NCBI GenBank assembly: GCA_017456765.1 | Contig: JAFTIR010000021.1 | Coordinates: 395 to 64,394 of the forward strand | Length of the DNA: 64,000 nt | Direction: 5' to 3' | Source: Clostridia bacterium | GTDB taxonomy: Bacteria > Bacillota > Clostridia > Oscillospirales > CAG-382 | Part shown: positions 9,608-19,769 of the stretch, piece by piece | Position numbering within the stretch: position 1 is the first letter of the stretch | Layout of the letters: the number at the start of each line of letters is the position of its first letter | Made by a program: the position numbers and the translations under genes | Notes under the pieces: model-generated | Told to the model about the DNA's origin: nothing | The model's input: the letters and a program-made list of their open reading frames with translations, nothing else | Databases searched by the model: none

Positions 9608-10795
9608 TTGAATTTTCCCGAATATGTCTCCTTTACTCTCAAAAGACTTGAGGAAAACGGTTACAGTGCATACCTTGTTGGCGGCTGCGTAAGAGATTTT
9701 ATAATGGGCATAGAGCCGCACGATTTTGACATTACAACGAGCGCATCACCCGACGAAATCGAAAGGTGCTTTTGCGATATAAAGACTCTTGATGTCGGAA
9801 AGAAACATGGTACAATCACACTTGTCTTTGAAAAAGAGTGTGTAGAGGTTACAACCTACCGAATTGACGGAGAATACAGAGACTTGCGACACCCCGAAAG
9901 TGTCACCTTTACCGATAAAATCGAAGAGGATTTGGCAAGGCGCGATTTCACCATGAACGCAATAGCATTTTCGCCGATTCGTGGCTTCGTTGACCCGTTT
10001 TTCGGCAGGGAAGATATTCAAAAGAAGCGCATTGTCGCCGTGGGAGAAGCGGAAAAGAGATTCTGTGAGGATGCACTTCGCTTGCTTCGCGCCCTCAGAT
10101 TTTCGTCCCGTCTCGGATTTGAGATTGAAGAGAATACCAAAAAAGCAATTTTCGAGAAAAAACAGCTTCTTGGAAATATTGCAATGGAGAGAATCAACGC
10201 AGAATTCTGCGGAATACTTGAGGGTAGATATGCAGCAGGTGTTATGGCTGAATTCTTTGATTGTTTGTGTGCCGCCCTGCCGAATATCACACCGGTAGAC
10301 GAGGTGGCAATAGAGAGAGCCTTTGACTTTTGCTTAATGACAAAACTTTGCGTTTTCTTTTCGGGGCTTTGCGATGTAAAAACGCTATCCGACACCCTTA
10401 AACACATGAAGTTTGATAATAATACAGTCAAGTGTGTAACGACGGTTTTGCCACTCGTCGGAGTTTACACCTCAAAGACGGATGACGCCGACATAAAAAA
10501 GGCGGTTTCAAAAATCGGTGCTCAAAATGCCGAAATTCTCTATAATACCCTCTATTGCTTGCATGGCGATAAGACATATCTTGCGTCAGTCGAAAAACTT
10601 TATGGTTTTATAAAGAACGGCGAATGTATGACGGTGCAAGGCCTCTGTATAAAGGGAAATGAAATCATAGATTTATATAAAATTAACCCAGCTGAAACGG
10701 GAGGAATTCTGTCGTCACTTCTCTGTGACGTAATAGAGGGAAAAACACCCAACGAAAAAAACGCTCTCATTGACAGGGCAAAGATGTATATTTAG
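9608..10795 (+). CDS. cca: CCA tRNA nucleotidyltransferase
   Basis: YLVGGCVRD, DFDITT, RRDFTMNA, EDALRLLRALRF class II motifs; TTG start. Confidence 0.9.
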   Translation: MNFPEYVSFTLKRLEENGYSAYLVGGCVRDFIMGIEPHDFDITTSASPDEIERCFCDIKTLDVGKKHGTITLVFEKECVEVTTYRIDGEYRDLRHPESVTFTDKIEEDLARRDFTMNAIAFSPIRGFVDPFFGREDIQKKRIVAVGEAEKRFCEDALRLLRALRFSSRLGFEIEENTKKAIFEKKQLLGNIAMERINAEFCGILEGRYAAGVMAEFFDCLCAALPNITPVDEVAIERAFDFCLMTKLCVFFSGLCDVKTLSDTLKHMKFDNNTVKCVTTVLPLVGVYTSKTDDADIKKAVSKIGAQNAEILYNTLYCLHGDKTYLASVEKLYGFIKNGECMTVQGLCIKGNEIIDLYKINPAETGGILSSLLCDVIEGKTPNEKNALIDRAKMYI

Positions 10796-10816
10796 CGAAT
10801 ACCAAGGAGAAATCTT

Positions 10817-11746
10817 ATGCAAAATCAACAGCTTAAAGGCACAGTTTATATTCTTATTGCGACAGTTATCTGGGGAAGCTGTTTTGTTGCTCAGTCCGCT
10901 TCCACCATAGGACCCTTTACATATCAGGGCATACGTTCAATTATAGGCTGCCTTTTTCTTGTGGTGCTTTCTCTTGTGCTTGACTTCTTTGCTAAGAGAA
11001 AGGGTTCAGATGCAGCTGTTACAAAATGGACGGATAAGACACTTCTCACAGGCGGTCTTGTTTGCGGAGTTGTTCTCTTTGGCGCGACGAATCTCCAGCA
11101 GTTCGGTATTTTTTACGGAACAGAGCCCGGTAAGGCAGGCTTTATTACGGCAATGTATATTCTTCTTGTGCCTGTTATCGGACTTTTTATGAAGAAGAAG
11201 GTTCGGTATAATGTGTGGATTGGAATTGCTGTTGCGGTTGTGGGTCTGCTTCTTCTCTGCGTAAATCCCGCCAAGGGAATGGGCTTTCAGTATGGAGATA
11301 TATATGTAATTCTCTGCGCGGTTGTATTCTCGTTTCACATTGTTTTTGTTGACTATTATGCACCAAAGGTTGACGGCGTTAAGCTCTCATGTGTGCAGTT
11401 TTTGGTTTCAGGCGGAATTTCATGTATATGTATGCTTTTATTTGAAGAACCGAAAATCGGTGAAATAGTTGACAATACTGTGCCTATCCTTTATGCAGGT
11501 ATAGGTTCAAGCGGTATTGCTTATACCTTGCAGATTATCGGACAGAAGTATTCGCCGCCAACCATTGCATCTCTTGCAATGAGCTTTGAATCGGTGTTTG
11601 CGGTGCTTTCCGAGATTGTTGTCTCGTTCTTCATATATCTTGTGGGTAAGGGGCCTCTTTCGCTTCCCACTGTACGAGAGCTTATAGGCTGTGCGGTTAT
11701 GTTCGCGGCAATTCTTCTTGCACAGCTTCCCGAAAAGAAAAAATAA
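10817..11746 (+). CDS. DMT/EamA family transporter
   Basis: About 10 hydrophobic helices; IWGSCFVAQ, KAGFITAMY, AYTLQIIGQK, ESVF motifs. Confidence 0.9.
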   Translation: MQNQQLKGTVYILIATVIWGSCFVAQSASTIGPFTYQGIRSIIGCLFLVVLSLVLDFFAKRKGSDAAVTKWTDKTLLTGGLVCGVVLFGATNLQQFGIFYGTEPGKAGFITAMYILLVPVIGLFMKKKVRYNVWIGIAVAVVGLLLLCVNPAKGMGFQYGDIYVILCAVVFSFHIVFVDYYAPKVDGVKLSCVQFLVSGGISCICMLLFEEPKIGEIVDNTVPILYAGIGSSGIAYTLQIIGQKYSPPTIASLAMSFESVFAVLSEIVVSFFIYLVGKGPLSLPTVRELIGCAVMFAAILLAQLPEKKK

Positions 11747-11765
11747 AAATTTGGAGAGAACAGAT

Positions 11766-12710
11766 TTGTCAAAGATGTTGGCCGTTGTGGGACCCACCGC
11801 CTCGGGCAAGAGCGACCTTGCGGTTGCACTTTGCAAGAGATTTGGCGGAGAGGTTGTTTCCTGCGACTCAATGCAGATATATAAAAAAATGAATATCGGT
11901 ACTGCAAAGCCGACACATGAGGAAATGCAGAACGTACCCCACCACCTCATTGATTTTCTCACGGCGGGTGTCGAGTATTCCGTGTCGGACTACGTGGCGG
12001 ATGCCGAAAGGTGCGTAAAAGAGCTTGAAAACAGGGGAGTGCTTCCTGTTTTCTGCGGAGGTACGGGGCTTTATATTGATACCTTTCTTTCGGGTATTTC
12101 TCTTTCTGATTTCGAGAATGACCCGAATGTCAGAAAAAGACTTGAGTATGAATTTGAAAAAGACGGAATAGACGGCATTTACCTGCGACTTGTCACAGCC
12201 GACCCGCTCATTGCAGAAAGCATCGATAAGAATAACACAAAGAGAGTTATCCGCGCCCTTGAGGTGTATGAAACAACAGGCATCACTATGACCGAGTGGA
12301 ACAGACGCTCGCTTGAGTCGGCAAAGAAAAAGGACTGCCTTGTAATCGGTCTTGACTATGAGGACAGGCAGACGCTTTATGACAGAATCGACAGGCGTGT
12401 TGATATTATGCTTGAGGCGGGGCTTCTCGAGGAAACAAAGGCACTTCTTGATGAGGGACTTCTTTCAACCAAGACGGCTTCCCAGGCGATTGCGTATAAA
12501 GAATTTCTGCCGTATTTTGCCGGAGAGGACAGCCTTGAAAACTGTATAGAAACCTTAAAGAGAAATTCGAGAAGATACGCAAAGCGCCAGCTCACATGGT
12601 TCAGGCGCAATAAGGATATTAAATGGATTTTCAGAGACGGTAAAAGTACGGATGATGTATTGAATGAGGCATTTTGCCTTGTCGACAACTATCTTTCGGA
12701 GGAATGTTGA
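11766..12710 (+). CDS. miaA: tRNA dimethylallyltransferase
   Basis: GPTASGKS, SCDSMQIY, GGTGLY, YAKRQLTWF; probable TTG start at 11766 behind GGAG. Confidence 0.95.
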   Translation: MSKMLAVVGPTASGKSDLAVALCKRFGGEVVSCDSMQIYKKMNIGTAKPTHEEMQNVPHHLIDFLTAGVEYSVSDYVADAERCVKELENRGVLPVFCGGTGLYIDTFLSGISLSDFENDPNVRKRLEYEFEKDGIDGIYLRLVTADPLIAESIDKNNTKRVIRALEVYETTGITMTEWNRRSLESAKKKDCLVIGLDYEDRQTLYDRIDRRVDIMLEAGLLEETKALLDEGLLSTKTASQAIAYKEFLPYFAGEDSLENCIETLKRNSRRYAKRQLTWFRRNKDIKWIFRDGKSTDDVLNEAFCLVDNYLSEEC

Positions 12711-13993
12711 TGGATAGATTTGCAAAATTTTTATGTGACCCTGCAAGAGTTGTCAAAACGATTATTGCTCTGCTTGTATGTATAGGAATTGTGGTGTATG
12801 TATACCTTCAGGTAATAGGTACCTTTGACAGAGGTATTGTTACGGAAACGGCAATGTATGTTACTCTTAACGATACAATTACTGCAGATGCCTGTATTTT
12901 CAGGGATGAAACAATTCTTGAGAATGACGGAAATGGTGCTATCGTAACGCTTGTTTCGGAGGGAGAACGTGTTTCAAAGGGACAGCTTATAGCAAACATT
13001 TATCCCGATGAAAAGGACGCAAGACTGCAGGATGATATTAACAGAATTAACCGCAGACTCGAAATACTCCAAAACAGCTCTGTTGACAAACAGTTTGTAA
13101 TTTCAGATTTGCGACAGCTTGATGATGATATTGACGAGGTCTTTGCCGATATTTATGAGGATGCCGCAAAGGGGAATCTTTCTTCGGCAATTACATCCTC
13201 CTCGGAGCTTCTCGTAAGACTCAATAAGCGTGATTTGATTGTTGAATCGGATTTTGATTACTCCCAGGAACTTGAAAATCTCGAAAAAGAAAAAAAAGAG
13301 CTTGAGGGACAGATTAAATCCGTAGCAACTCCGCTTTATGCCGAAAATTCGGGCTACTTTTTCGGAGATGTGGATGGGTATGAACAGATTTTCGACGTTT
13401 CGCTTGTGGACACGCTGACTCTTTCGGACTTTGAAAAGCTGATTGCATCAGAGGGTAATGAAGAAAAGGCTTCAGGAAGTGTCAAAATCGTAAATGACTT
13501 TGTGTGGAATATTGTCTGCTCGGTTGATGCCCAACAGGCAAGAACACTGAAAGAGGGCAGGGAATATACCCTTTCATTCCCCGAAAATGCGGATTATGAA
13601 ATGACAATGACTCTTTCAAAGATTGTAAGCGAAACCAATTCAAAAACTTCGCTTGCTGTTTTCAGAGTTAATGTTCTGCCAAGGGATTTCAACTATAAGC
13701 GTTTCCAGAATGCTGAAATTGTAATAAAGGATGTTGAGGGAATCTCCGTTCCCAAAAAGGCGCTCAGAGTCGTTAACGGCGTTGAGGGAGTGTATATTCT
13801 TGTCGGCGACGTTGTAAGATTCAGAAGTGTTGAAAGAATTGCCGTAAAGGACGGATATTACGTTGTCAGAATTCAATCAAACACCGAGGTGTTTGAGGAG
13901 GATGGACAGCAGGTGCAGGTAAAGCCGCTGTCTCTTTATGATAATGTAATTGTTTCGGGTAAAGATCTTTTTGACGGTAAGATTATCGGTTAA
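12710..13993 (+). CDS. HlyD-like membrane fusion/adaptor protein
   Basis: N-terminal TM helix, EGERVSKGQLIA lipoyl-like half motif, coiled coil, LSLYDNVIV C-terminus; usual position upstream of yggS in Clostridia; TGATG coupling with miaA. Confidence 0.7.
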   Translation: MDRFAKFLCDPARVVKTIIALLVCIGIVVYVYLQVIGTFDRGIVTETAMYVTLNDTITADACIFRDETILENDGNGAIVTLVSEGERVSKGQLIANIYPDEKDARLQDDINRINRRLEILQNSSVDKQFVISDLRQLDDDIDEVFADIYEDAAKGNLSSAITSSSELLVRLNKRDLIVESDFDYSQELENLEKEKKELEGQIKSVATPLYAENSGYFFGDVDGYEQIFDVSLVDTLTLSDFEKLIASEGNEEKASGSVKIVNDFVWNIVCSVDAQQARTLKEGREYTLSFPENADYEMTMTLSKIVSETNSKTSLAVFRVNVLPRDFNYKRFQNAEIVIKDVEGISVPKKALRVVNGVEGVYILVGDVVRFRSVERIAVKDGYYVVRIQSNTEVFEEDGQQVQVKPLSLYDNVIVSGKDLFDGKIIG

Positions 13994-14006
13994 AGGAAGG
14001 ATAAAA

Positions 14007-14765
14007 ATGGAAGGCAAGTATTCAAAGGAAGTTGTATTGGGTAATATAATTTCCGCTAAAGAAAAAATTGAAGAGGCGGCGCGTCTTTCGGGCAGAAGCG
14101 GAAAGGATGTAACACTCCTTGCGGCGACAAAGACGGTGGATGCCGACACGATAAATTTTGCAATAGAAAACGGTATTACCTGTATTGGTGAAAACAGGGT
14201 GCAGGAATTGCTTGAAAAGTATGATGCAATCAATAAGGAAAATGTCGATATTCATTTTATCGGCAGACTCCAGACAAATAAGGTAAAATATATTGCCGAT
14301 AAGGTTTCGATGATACATTCGGTTGACACTGTAAAACTTGCAGCAGAAATCAATAAGCAGTGCGCAAAAATCGGTAAGGTTATGAATGTTCTTGTCGAAG
14401 TAAATATCGGAGAAGAAGAATCCAAGGGTGGAATTTCTCCCGATGAGCTTGAAAACTTCCTTGTCGAAATATCAGGCTTTGAAAATATAAAAGTCGTGGG
14501 ACTTATGTGTATTCCGCCCGTATGTAAAAATGATGATTTTGTTGCCGATAACGACGAAAAAAACGAAAGTACAAAAAAAAGTTACAAAAATCAGGCGTTT
14601 TTTAAAAAAATTATGAAATTATTCCTTGACATATCGGCAAAAAAAATAGATAATATATATATGCAAGTATTGTCGATGGGTATGTCAGATGATTTTGAAC
14701 AGGCTGTGGCGGACGGGTCAACAATTGTTCGTATCGGCAGAGGACTCTTCGGCAGTAGAATTTAG
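14007..14765 (+). CDS. yggS: Pyridoxal phosphate homeostasis protein
   Basis: LAATKT, GENRVQE, HFIGRLQTNKVK, LSMGMSDD, STIVRIGRGLFG. Confidence 0.95.
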   Translation: MEGKYSKEVVLGNIISAKEKIEEAARLSGRSGKDVTLLAATKTVDADTINFAIENGITCIGENRVQELLEKYDAINKENVDIHFIGRLQTNKVKYIADKVSMIHSVDTVKLAAEINKQCAKIGKVMNVLVEVNIGEEESKGGISPDELENFLVEISGFENIKVVGLMCIPPVCKNDDFVADNDEKNESTKKSYKNQAFFKKIMKLFLDISAKKIDNIYMQVLSMGMSDDFEQAVADGSTIVRIGRGLFGSRI

Positions 14766-14792
14766 TAAATATTTTTTAGGAGGATATATTCC

Positions 14793-15266
14793 ATGGGACT
14801 CAAAGATTTAGGCAAAATACTTTTCCCCGATGCAATAGCAGAAGATAATTATGAGGACGATTTCCTCGCAGAAGAAGAACAGTACGCAGAAGAAGAAAAT
14901 AAGGCTGCTCGTCCTGCTTCTTCATCCTATGCTTCAAGAGGCGGCGCAAACGTATCTGTTGCTTCCGGTTCATCAATCGAAATGAAGGTTGTAACTCCCA
15001 AGAGCTATGACACTGTAACTCAGATTGCAGACCTTCTTCTTGACAAGAAGACAGTTCTTCTCAACCTCGAAAACACAAACCGCGAAACAGCAAGACGCCT
15101 TATTGATTTTCTTTCAGGTGTGGCATACGCTCTTCACGGCGATGTACAGAAGGTTGCAGACAATACTTATGCAATTACTCCCAGCAACGTTGCTGTATCT
15201 AAGGAAAGCATCGGTACTGCAGGCGCAGGCGCACCCGAAACAGAAAATGGCGGCGTAAACTTCTAA
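14793..15266 (+). CDS. sepF: Cell division protein SepF
   Basis: VLLNLE...ARRLIDFLSGVAYALHG motif; follows yggS. Confidence 0.93.
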   Translation: MGLKDLGKILFPDAIAEDNYEDDFLAEEEQYAEEENKAARPASSSYASRGGANVSVASGSSIEMKVVTPKSYDTVTQIADLLLDKKTVLLNLENTNRETARRLIDFLSGVAYALHGDVQKVADNTYAITPSNVAVSKESIGTAGAGAPETENGGVNF

Positions 15267-15269
15267 GCT

Positions 15270-15536
15270 ATGCAAAGTGTTTATTTTGTATTGCGTTATA
15301 CTGTGGGACTCTTTCTCGACGTTCTGCAGTTTATGATGCTTGCAAGAGCAATATTTTCATGGTTTCCGAATCTTGCTGATTCGTCATTGGGCGATTTTCT
15401 TTTCACCGTTACGGAATGGGTTATAACACCGGTAAGAGCCTTGTTTGATAAACTCGGATGGGGCATGAATATGATGATTGATATGCCGTTTTTTGTAACC
15501 TTTATACTCCTGTCGGTTTTGCGTTCTGTGTTATGA
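15270..15536 (+). CDS. yggT: YggT family membrane protein
   Basis: RAIFSWFP, TEWVITPVR; sepF-yggT-ylmH synteny. Confidence 0.88.
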   Translation: MQSVYFVLRYTVGLFLDVLQFMMLARAIFSWFPNLADSSLGDFLFTVTEWVITPVRALFDKLGWGMNMMIDMPFFVTFILLSVLRSVL

Positions 15537-16321
15537 GTACGCTTTCCGGAAAGGACGAGGTGCTTTTCTATCAGCGCCTTTCTGAGCTGTGTGAAAGAGC
15601 GGTTGGGCGTTATTGCCCGGAATTTACGCATTTCCTTGACGGTAGAGAACTGAGCCTTGCAAGGGAATTTCTCAAGAAACAGAGCGGAGCAAGGATTGTT
15701 TGCTTTGGCGGATTTGGGGGAGCTGAGAGGTGTGTTGTCGGAATTTTTCCCGAGGACATCTACTCAGAAAGCCCTGAGGATGAACTTTGCTCAATGTTTG
15801 ATATTTCGGGCGTTGTAATTAGCGGTTCGGGATTTTCAAAATTTTCGCATAGGGACGTGTTGGGCTCTGTCCTGGCGCTTGGTGTAAAGCGTGAAACGAT
15901 GGGCGATATTTATGTTGACCAGAGTGAGAATAAAGCATATATTTGCATGAGCAACGTTGCGGCATCTTACGTTTGTGATTCTCTTGAATTTGTCAGCCGT
16001 GATAAGGTAAAATGCAGGTTGATTGAGGCTTTATCTCTGCCTGTACCGGAACGTAAATTTTCGCTAATTTCGGGAACGGTAGCTTCCGAAAGACTCGATT
16101 GTATCATATCTCTCGTCACAAAAACATCCCGCGAAAAGGCAAAAACCATGATAACTTCGGGACTTGTCAGCGTAAACCACGTGCCTGAAGTAAGAAGCGA
16201 TGCGCTTCTTTCTGTGGACGACCTGCTTTCTGTCAGAGGATATGGCAGATTTAAGATAATAACCTTAGGCGACCTTACCCGAAAGGGAAGGAACAGAATT
16301 GTTGTCCATAAAATGATATAA
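15533..16321 (+). CDS. ylmH: YlmH S4-domain RNA-binding protein
   Basis: HRDVLGSVLALGVKRE, SERLD, LSVRGYGRF. Confidence 0.9.
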   Translation: MSTLSGKDEVLFYQRLSELCERAVGRYCPEFTHFLDGRELSLAREFLKKQSGARIVCFGGFGGAERCVVGIFPEDIYSESPEDELCSMFDISGVVISGSGFSKFSHRDVLGSVLALGVKRETMGDIYVDQSENKAYICMSNVAASYVCDSLEFVSRDKVKCRLIEALSLPVPERKFSLISGTVASERLDCIISLVTKTSREKAKTMITSGLVSVNHVPEVRSDALLSVDDLLSVRGYGRFKIITLGDLTRKGRNRIVVHKMI

Positions 16322-16444
16322 TAGCTTGGTTTATATATGTAAGTGTCGGCATGGCTTTTTGCTCTTGCCGATATTTGCGTGATTAAAACAAATAATTTTT
16401 TACTCAAAAAAAGAACTTTTTAACAATAAAGGAGCACTCTTATC

Positions 16445-19267
16445 ATGTCAAAAGACTTTGGAAAGACACTTAATCTTCCTAAGACAGAGTTTTCAATGAG
16501 AGCAAATCTGCCTCAGAGAGAGCCTGCAACAAAGGATAAGTGGGAAGAACAGAACATTTACTCTAAAATGCTTGAGAAAAATAAAGGAAACAAGAGCTTC
16601 ATAATTCATGACGGCCCTCCTTTCTCCAACGGTAATATCCACATGGGTACTGCCATGAATAAGGTTCTCAAGGACATAATAAATAAGTCAAAGTCCATGC
16701 AGGGCTACTATGTACCTTACATTCCCGGTTGGGATAACCACGGTATGCCTATTGAGAGTGCGATTATCAAGAAGAATAAGCTTGATAGAAAGAAGATGTC
16801 GGACTCTGAATTTCGCTCTGCCTGCCAGAAGTTTGCGGAAAACTTTGTTGACATTCAGATGACATCCTTCAAGCGCCTCGGCGTTCTTGGTGACTGGGAG
16901 CATCCTTATCTCACCATGGCACCAAAGTTCGAAGCCAAGGAAGTTAAGGTTTTCGGCGAAATGTTCAAGAAGGGATATATCTATAAGGGCTTAAAGCCTG
17001 TTTATTGGTGTCCCTCCGATGAAACTGCACTTGCCGAAGCTGAAATTGAATACGCAGAGGATAAGTGTACATCTATTTATGTTAAATTCCAGCTTAATGA
17101 CGATAAGGGCTTCTTTGACGGCGTTTGCGATAAGGAAAAGACATACTTCATTATCTGGACAACTACAACCTGGACTCTTCCCGGTAACGTGGCTATTACT
17201 GTTCATCCGAGAGAGACATATGTTCTTATTAAGGCTGCTGACGGTAACTACTATATTACCGCCGAAGCACTTGCTTTCAAGACAATGGCGGCAGGTGAAG
17301 TGGAAGGCTTTGAGGTTGTCAAGGAATTCAAGGGTTCTGACCTTGAATACATGACAGCAAAGCATCCTTTCCTTGACAGAAACAGCCTTCTCACAACCGC
17401 AGAATATGTAACAATGGATAGCGGTACAGGCTGTGTTCATACAGCTCCCTCATACGGTGCAGACGACTACTTCACGGGTATGAGATACGGTCTTCCTATT
17501 GAGGTTGCAGTTGATGACAGAGGTTATCAGAATGAGCTTGCAGGAAAGTTTGCAGGTCTCAGATATGATGAATCAAATGAAGCAATCCTCAATGATATGA
17601 AGGAGAGTGGCGCACTCTTCTCAAGCGAAGAAATCGTGCACCAGTATCCTCACTGCTGGAGATGTAAGAATCCTATCATTTTCAGGGCAACTCCCCAGTG
17701 GTTCTGCTCTGTTGAAGCCTTCAGAGATAAGGCAGTAGCGGCGTGTGAAAATGTTCAGTGGCTTCCCGAATGGGGCGGAAACAGAATGGTTTCCATGATA
17801 AAGGAAAGAGCTGACTGGTGTATTTCCCGTCAGAGAAAGTGGGGTCTTCCTATCCCCGTATTCTACTGCGAGGACTGCGGTGAAATCATCTGCAACGACG
17901 ATACAATTGCTAAGATTTCCGAAATTTTCGGCGAAAAGGGCTCAAACGCCTGGTTTGATATGGAAGCCTGCGAGCTTCTTCCCGAGGGCTTTGTATGTCC
18001 TAAGTGCGGAAAGACTCATTTTGTAAAGGAAACAGATACACTTGACTGCTGGTTCGACTCAGGCTCTACTCACTTCGGTGTTCTTTCCGATGAAGAATGG
18101 CCCAGTGACCTTTACCTTGAGGGTGCTGACCAGTACAGAGGCTGGTTCCAGTCCTCACTTCTCACAGCTGTCGGTGCAAAGGATATGGGCGCTCCTTACA
18201 GAGCAGTTCTTACACACGGCTGGGTTGTTGACGGCGAGGGTAAAGCAATGCATAAGTCCCTTGGTAACTCGGTATATCCCGAGGATGTTATCAAGGTGTA
18301 CGGCGGAGACCTTTTAAGACTTTGGGTTGCTTCAAGCGACTATAGGGTAGACGTAAGAGTATCCGACCCCATCTTCAAACAGCTTTCTGAAATTTACAGA
18401 AAGATAAGAAATACAGCAAGAATTCTTCTTGCAAACCTCGGCACAATCGAGGAAGACTTCGACCCCAATAAGGATATGGTAGATGTATCCGAGCTTCTTC
18501 CTATCGATAAGTGGATTGTTTCCCAGTTCAATGCCCTTGTCGGCAGAGTTATGAAGGCATATAATGACTATGAGTTCCACCTCATTTATCATGATGTTCA
18601 TGACTTCTGTGCAGGCGAACTTTCCAAGCTCTACATTGATATTTCTAAGGACAGAGTTTACGTTGAAGCAAAGGATTCCTTCCTCAGAAGAAGCGCACAG
18701 ACAGCTATGTATATCGTGCTTCACGGTCTTACAAAGCTCCTTGCTCCTATCCTCTCCTATACAGCAGAGGAGATGTGGCAGTTTATGACACATCTCGACA
18801 CTGATAATAAGGAAAGCGTGTTCCTTAATAATGTTCCCGAATATAAGGCAGAGCTTGAATTCAAGGAAGTTGCAGATGCTTATAACAAACTCTTTGCTTA
18901 CAGAGATGATGTTATGAAGGCGCTTGAGCTTGCAAGAGCTGAAAAGCTTATCGGTAAGAGCCTTGATGCATCTGTTACAATATATGTAAATGATGAAAAG
19001 ACAAGCGGATTCTTTAAGAGCTTTGAAAATGAACTTAATGACATCTTCATTTGTTCTGAAGTTATGCTCAGTGCAGACAGCGCTCCCGCTGATGCGTTCA
19101 GTGAAACCGAAACAGGTATTGCTGTAAAGGTAGAAGCCATGAAGGGTATTAAGTGCGACAGATGCTGGTATGTAAAGAATGATTGCGAAGACCTCGGTGA
19201 AGAACAGCACCTCTGCAAGAGATGTATGTCAATTGTAAAGAGCACATTCCCCGAAATTCTTGCGTAA
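16445..19267 (+). CDS. ileS: Isoleucyl-tRNA synthetase (type 1)
   Basis: TLNLPKT, HDGPP, PGWDNHG, WTTTTWTLP, DWCISRQR, EGADQYRGWFQSS, C-terminal KCDRCW zinc site. Confidence 0.97.
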   Translation: MSKDFGKTLNLPKTEFSMRANLPQREPATKDKWEEQNIYSKMLEKNKGNKSFIIHDGPPFSNGNIHMGTAMNKVLKDIINKSKSMQGYYVPYIPGWDNHGMPIESAIIKKNKLDRKKMSDSEFRSACQKFAENFVDIQMTSFKRLGVLGDWEHPYLTMAPKFEAKEVKVFGEMFKKGYIYKGLKPVYWCPSDETALAEAEIEYAEDKCTSIYVKFQLNDDKGFFDGVCDKEKTYFIIWTTTTWTLPGNVAITVHPRETYVLIKAADGNYYITAEALAFKTMAAGEVEGFEVVKEFKGSDLEYMTAKHPFLDRNSLLTTAEYVTMDSGTGCVHTAPSYGADDYFTGMRYGLPIEVAVDDRGYQNELAGKFAGLRYDESNEAILNDMKESGALFSSEEIVHQYPHCWRCKNPIIFRATPQWFCSVEAFRDKAVAACENVQWLPEWGGNRMVSMIKERADWCISRQRKWGLPIPVFYCEDCGEIICNDDTIAKISEIFGEKGSNAWFDMEACELLPEGFVCPKCGKTHFVKETDTLDCWFDSGSTHFGVLSDEEWPSDLYLEGADQYRGWFQSSLLTAVGAKDMGAPYRAVLTHGWVVDGEGKAMHKSLGNSVYPEDVIKVYGGDLLRLWVASSDYRVDVRVSDPIFKQLSEIYRKIRNTARILLANLGTIEEDFDPNKDMVDVSELLPIDKWIVSQFNALVGRVMKAYNDYEFHLIYHDVHDFCAGELSKLYIDISKDRVYVEAKDSFLRRSAQTAMYIVLHGLTKLLAPILSYTAEEMWQFMTHLDTDNKESVFLNNVPEYKAELEFKEVADAYNKLFAYRDDVMKALELARAEKLIGKSLDASVTIYVNDEKTSGFFKSFENELNDIFICSEVMLSADSAPADAFSETETGIAVKVEAMKGIKCDRCWYVKNDCEDLGEEQHLCKRCMSIVKSTFPEILA

Positions 19268-19769
19268 TATGCTGTCTGTAATAATTGCGGCTGCGGTTGT
19301 TCTTCTCGACCAGATTTCTAAATACTTTGTCTGCCATTATCTCAAAGAAGCCGGCAGCATCACATTGATTGAAGGCGTTCTTAAATTCACCTATGTTGAA
19401 AACAGGGGTGCGGCATTCGGAATTCTTTCGGATAACAGAGCCGTTTTTATGGTGATTTCTATCATAATCATTGCTTTGCTCGGATATGTTATTGCAAGAT
19501 TTCACGGGCAAAGCAGGCTCTTTGATGCGTGCCTAGGACTTATTCTCGGCGGCGGCATCGGAAATATGATTGACAGAGCTGTTTTAGGCTATGTTGTTGA
19601 TTTTATTGACTTTTGTGCCTTTGATTTCTGGAAGTGGGTTTTTAATGTTGCGGACAGTGCCGTTGTTGTCGGCTGTATTCTTGCTGTCGTCTTTGTAATT
19701 TTTGATAAGAAAGCGGCAACAATCGGAGAAAAAACACAAGAGACGGATGTGGAGAGTCGTGATGAATAA
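19260..19769 (+). CDS. lspA: Lipoprotein signal peptidase II
   Basis: LDQISK, NRGAAFG, GGIGNMIDR, VVDFID, FNVAD. Confidence 0.95.
   Translation: MRNMLSVIIAAAVVLLDQISKYFVCHYLKEAGSITLIEGVLKFTYVENRGAAFGILSDNRAVFMVISIIIIALLGYVIARFHGQSRLFDACLGLILGGGIGNMIDRAVLGYVVDFIDFCAFDFWKWVFNVADSAVVVGCILAVVFVIFDKKAATIGEKTQETDVESRDE

Noticed and set aside
16322-16444. T-box leader upstream of ileS
   Set aside because: The gap is only about 120 nt with one hairpin (TCGGCA..TGCCGA) and no GGTGGNACC T-box sequence.
18332-19210. Long antisense ORFs (292 aa here; also 23091-23699, 31602-32234, 60917-61606, 63039-63671)
   Set aside because: Shadows of well-supported sense genes with no recognisable motifs.
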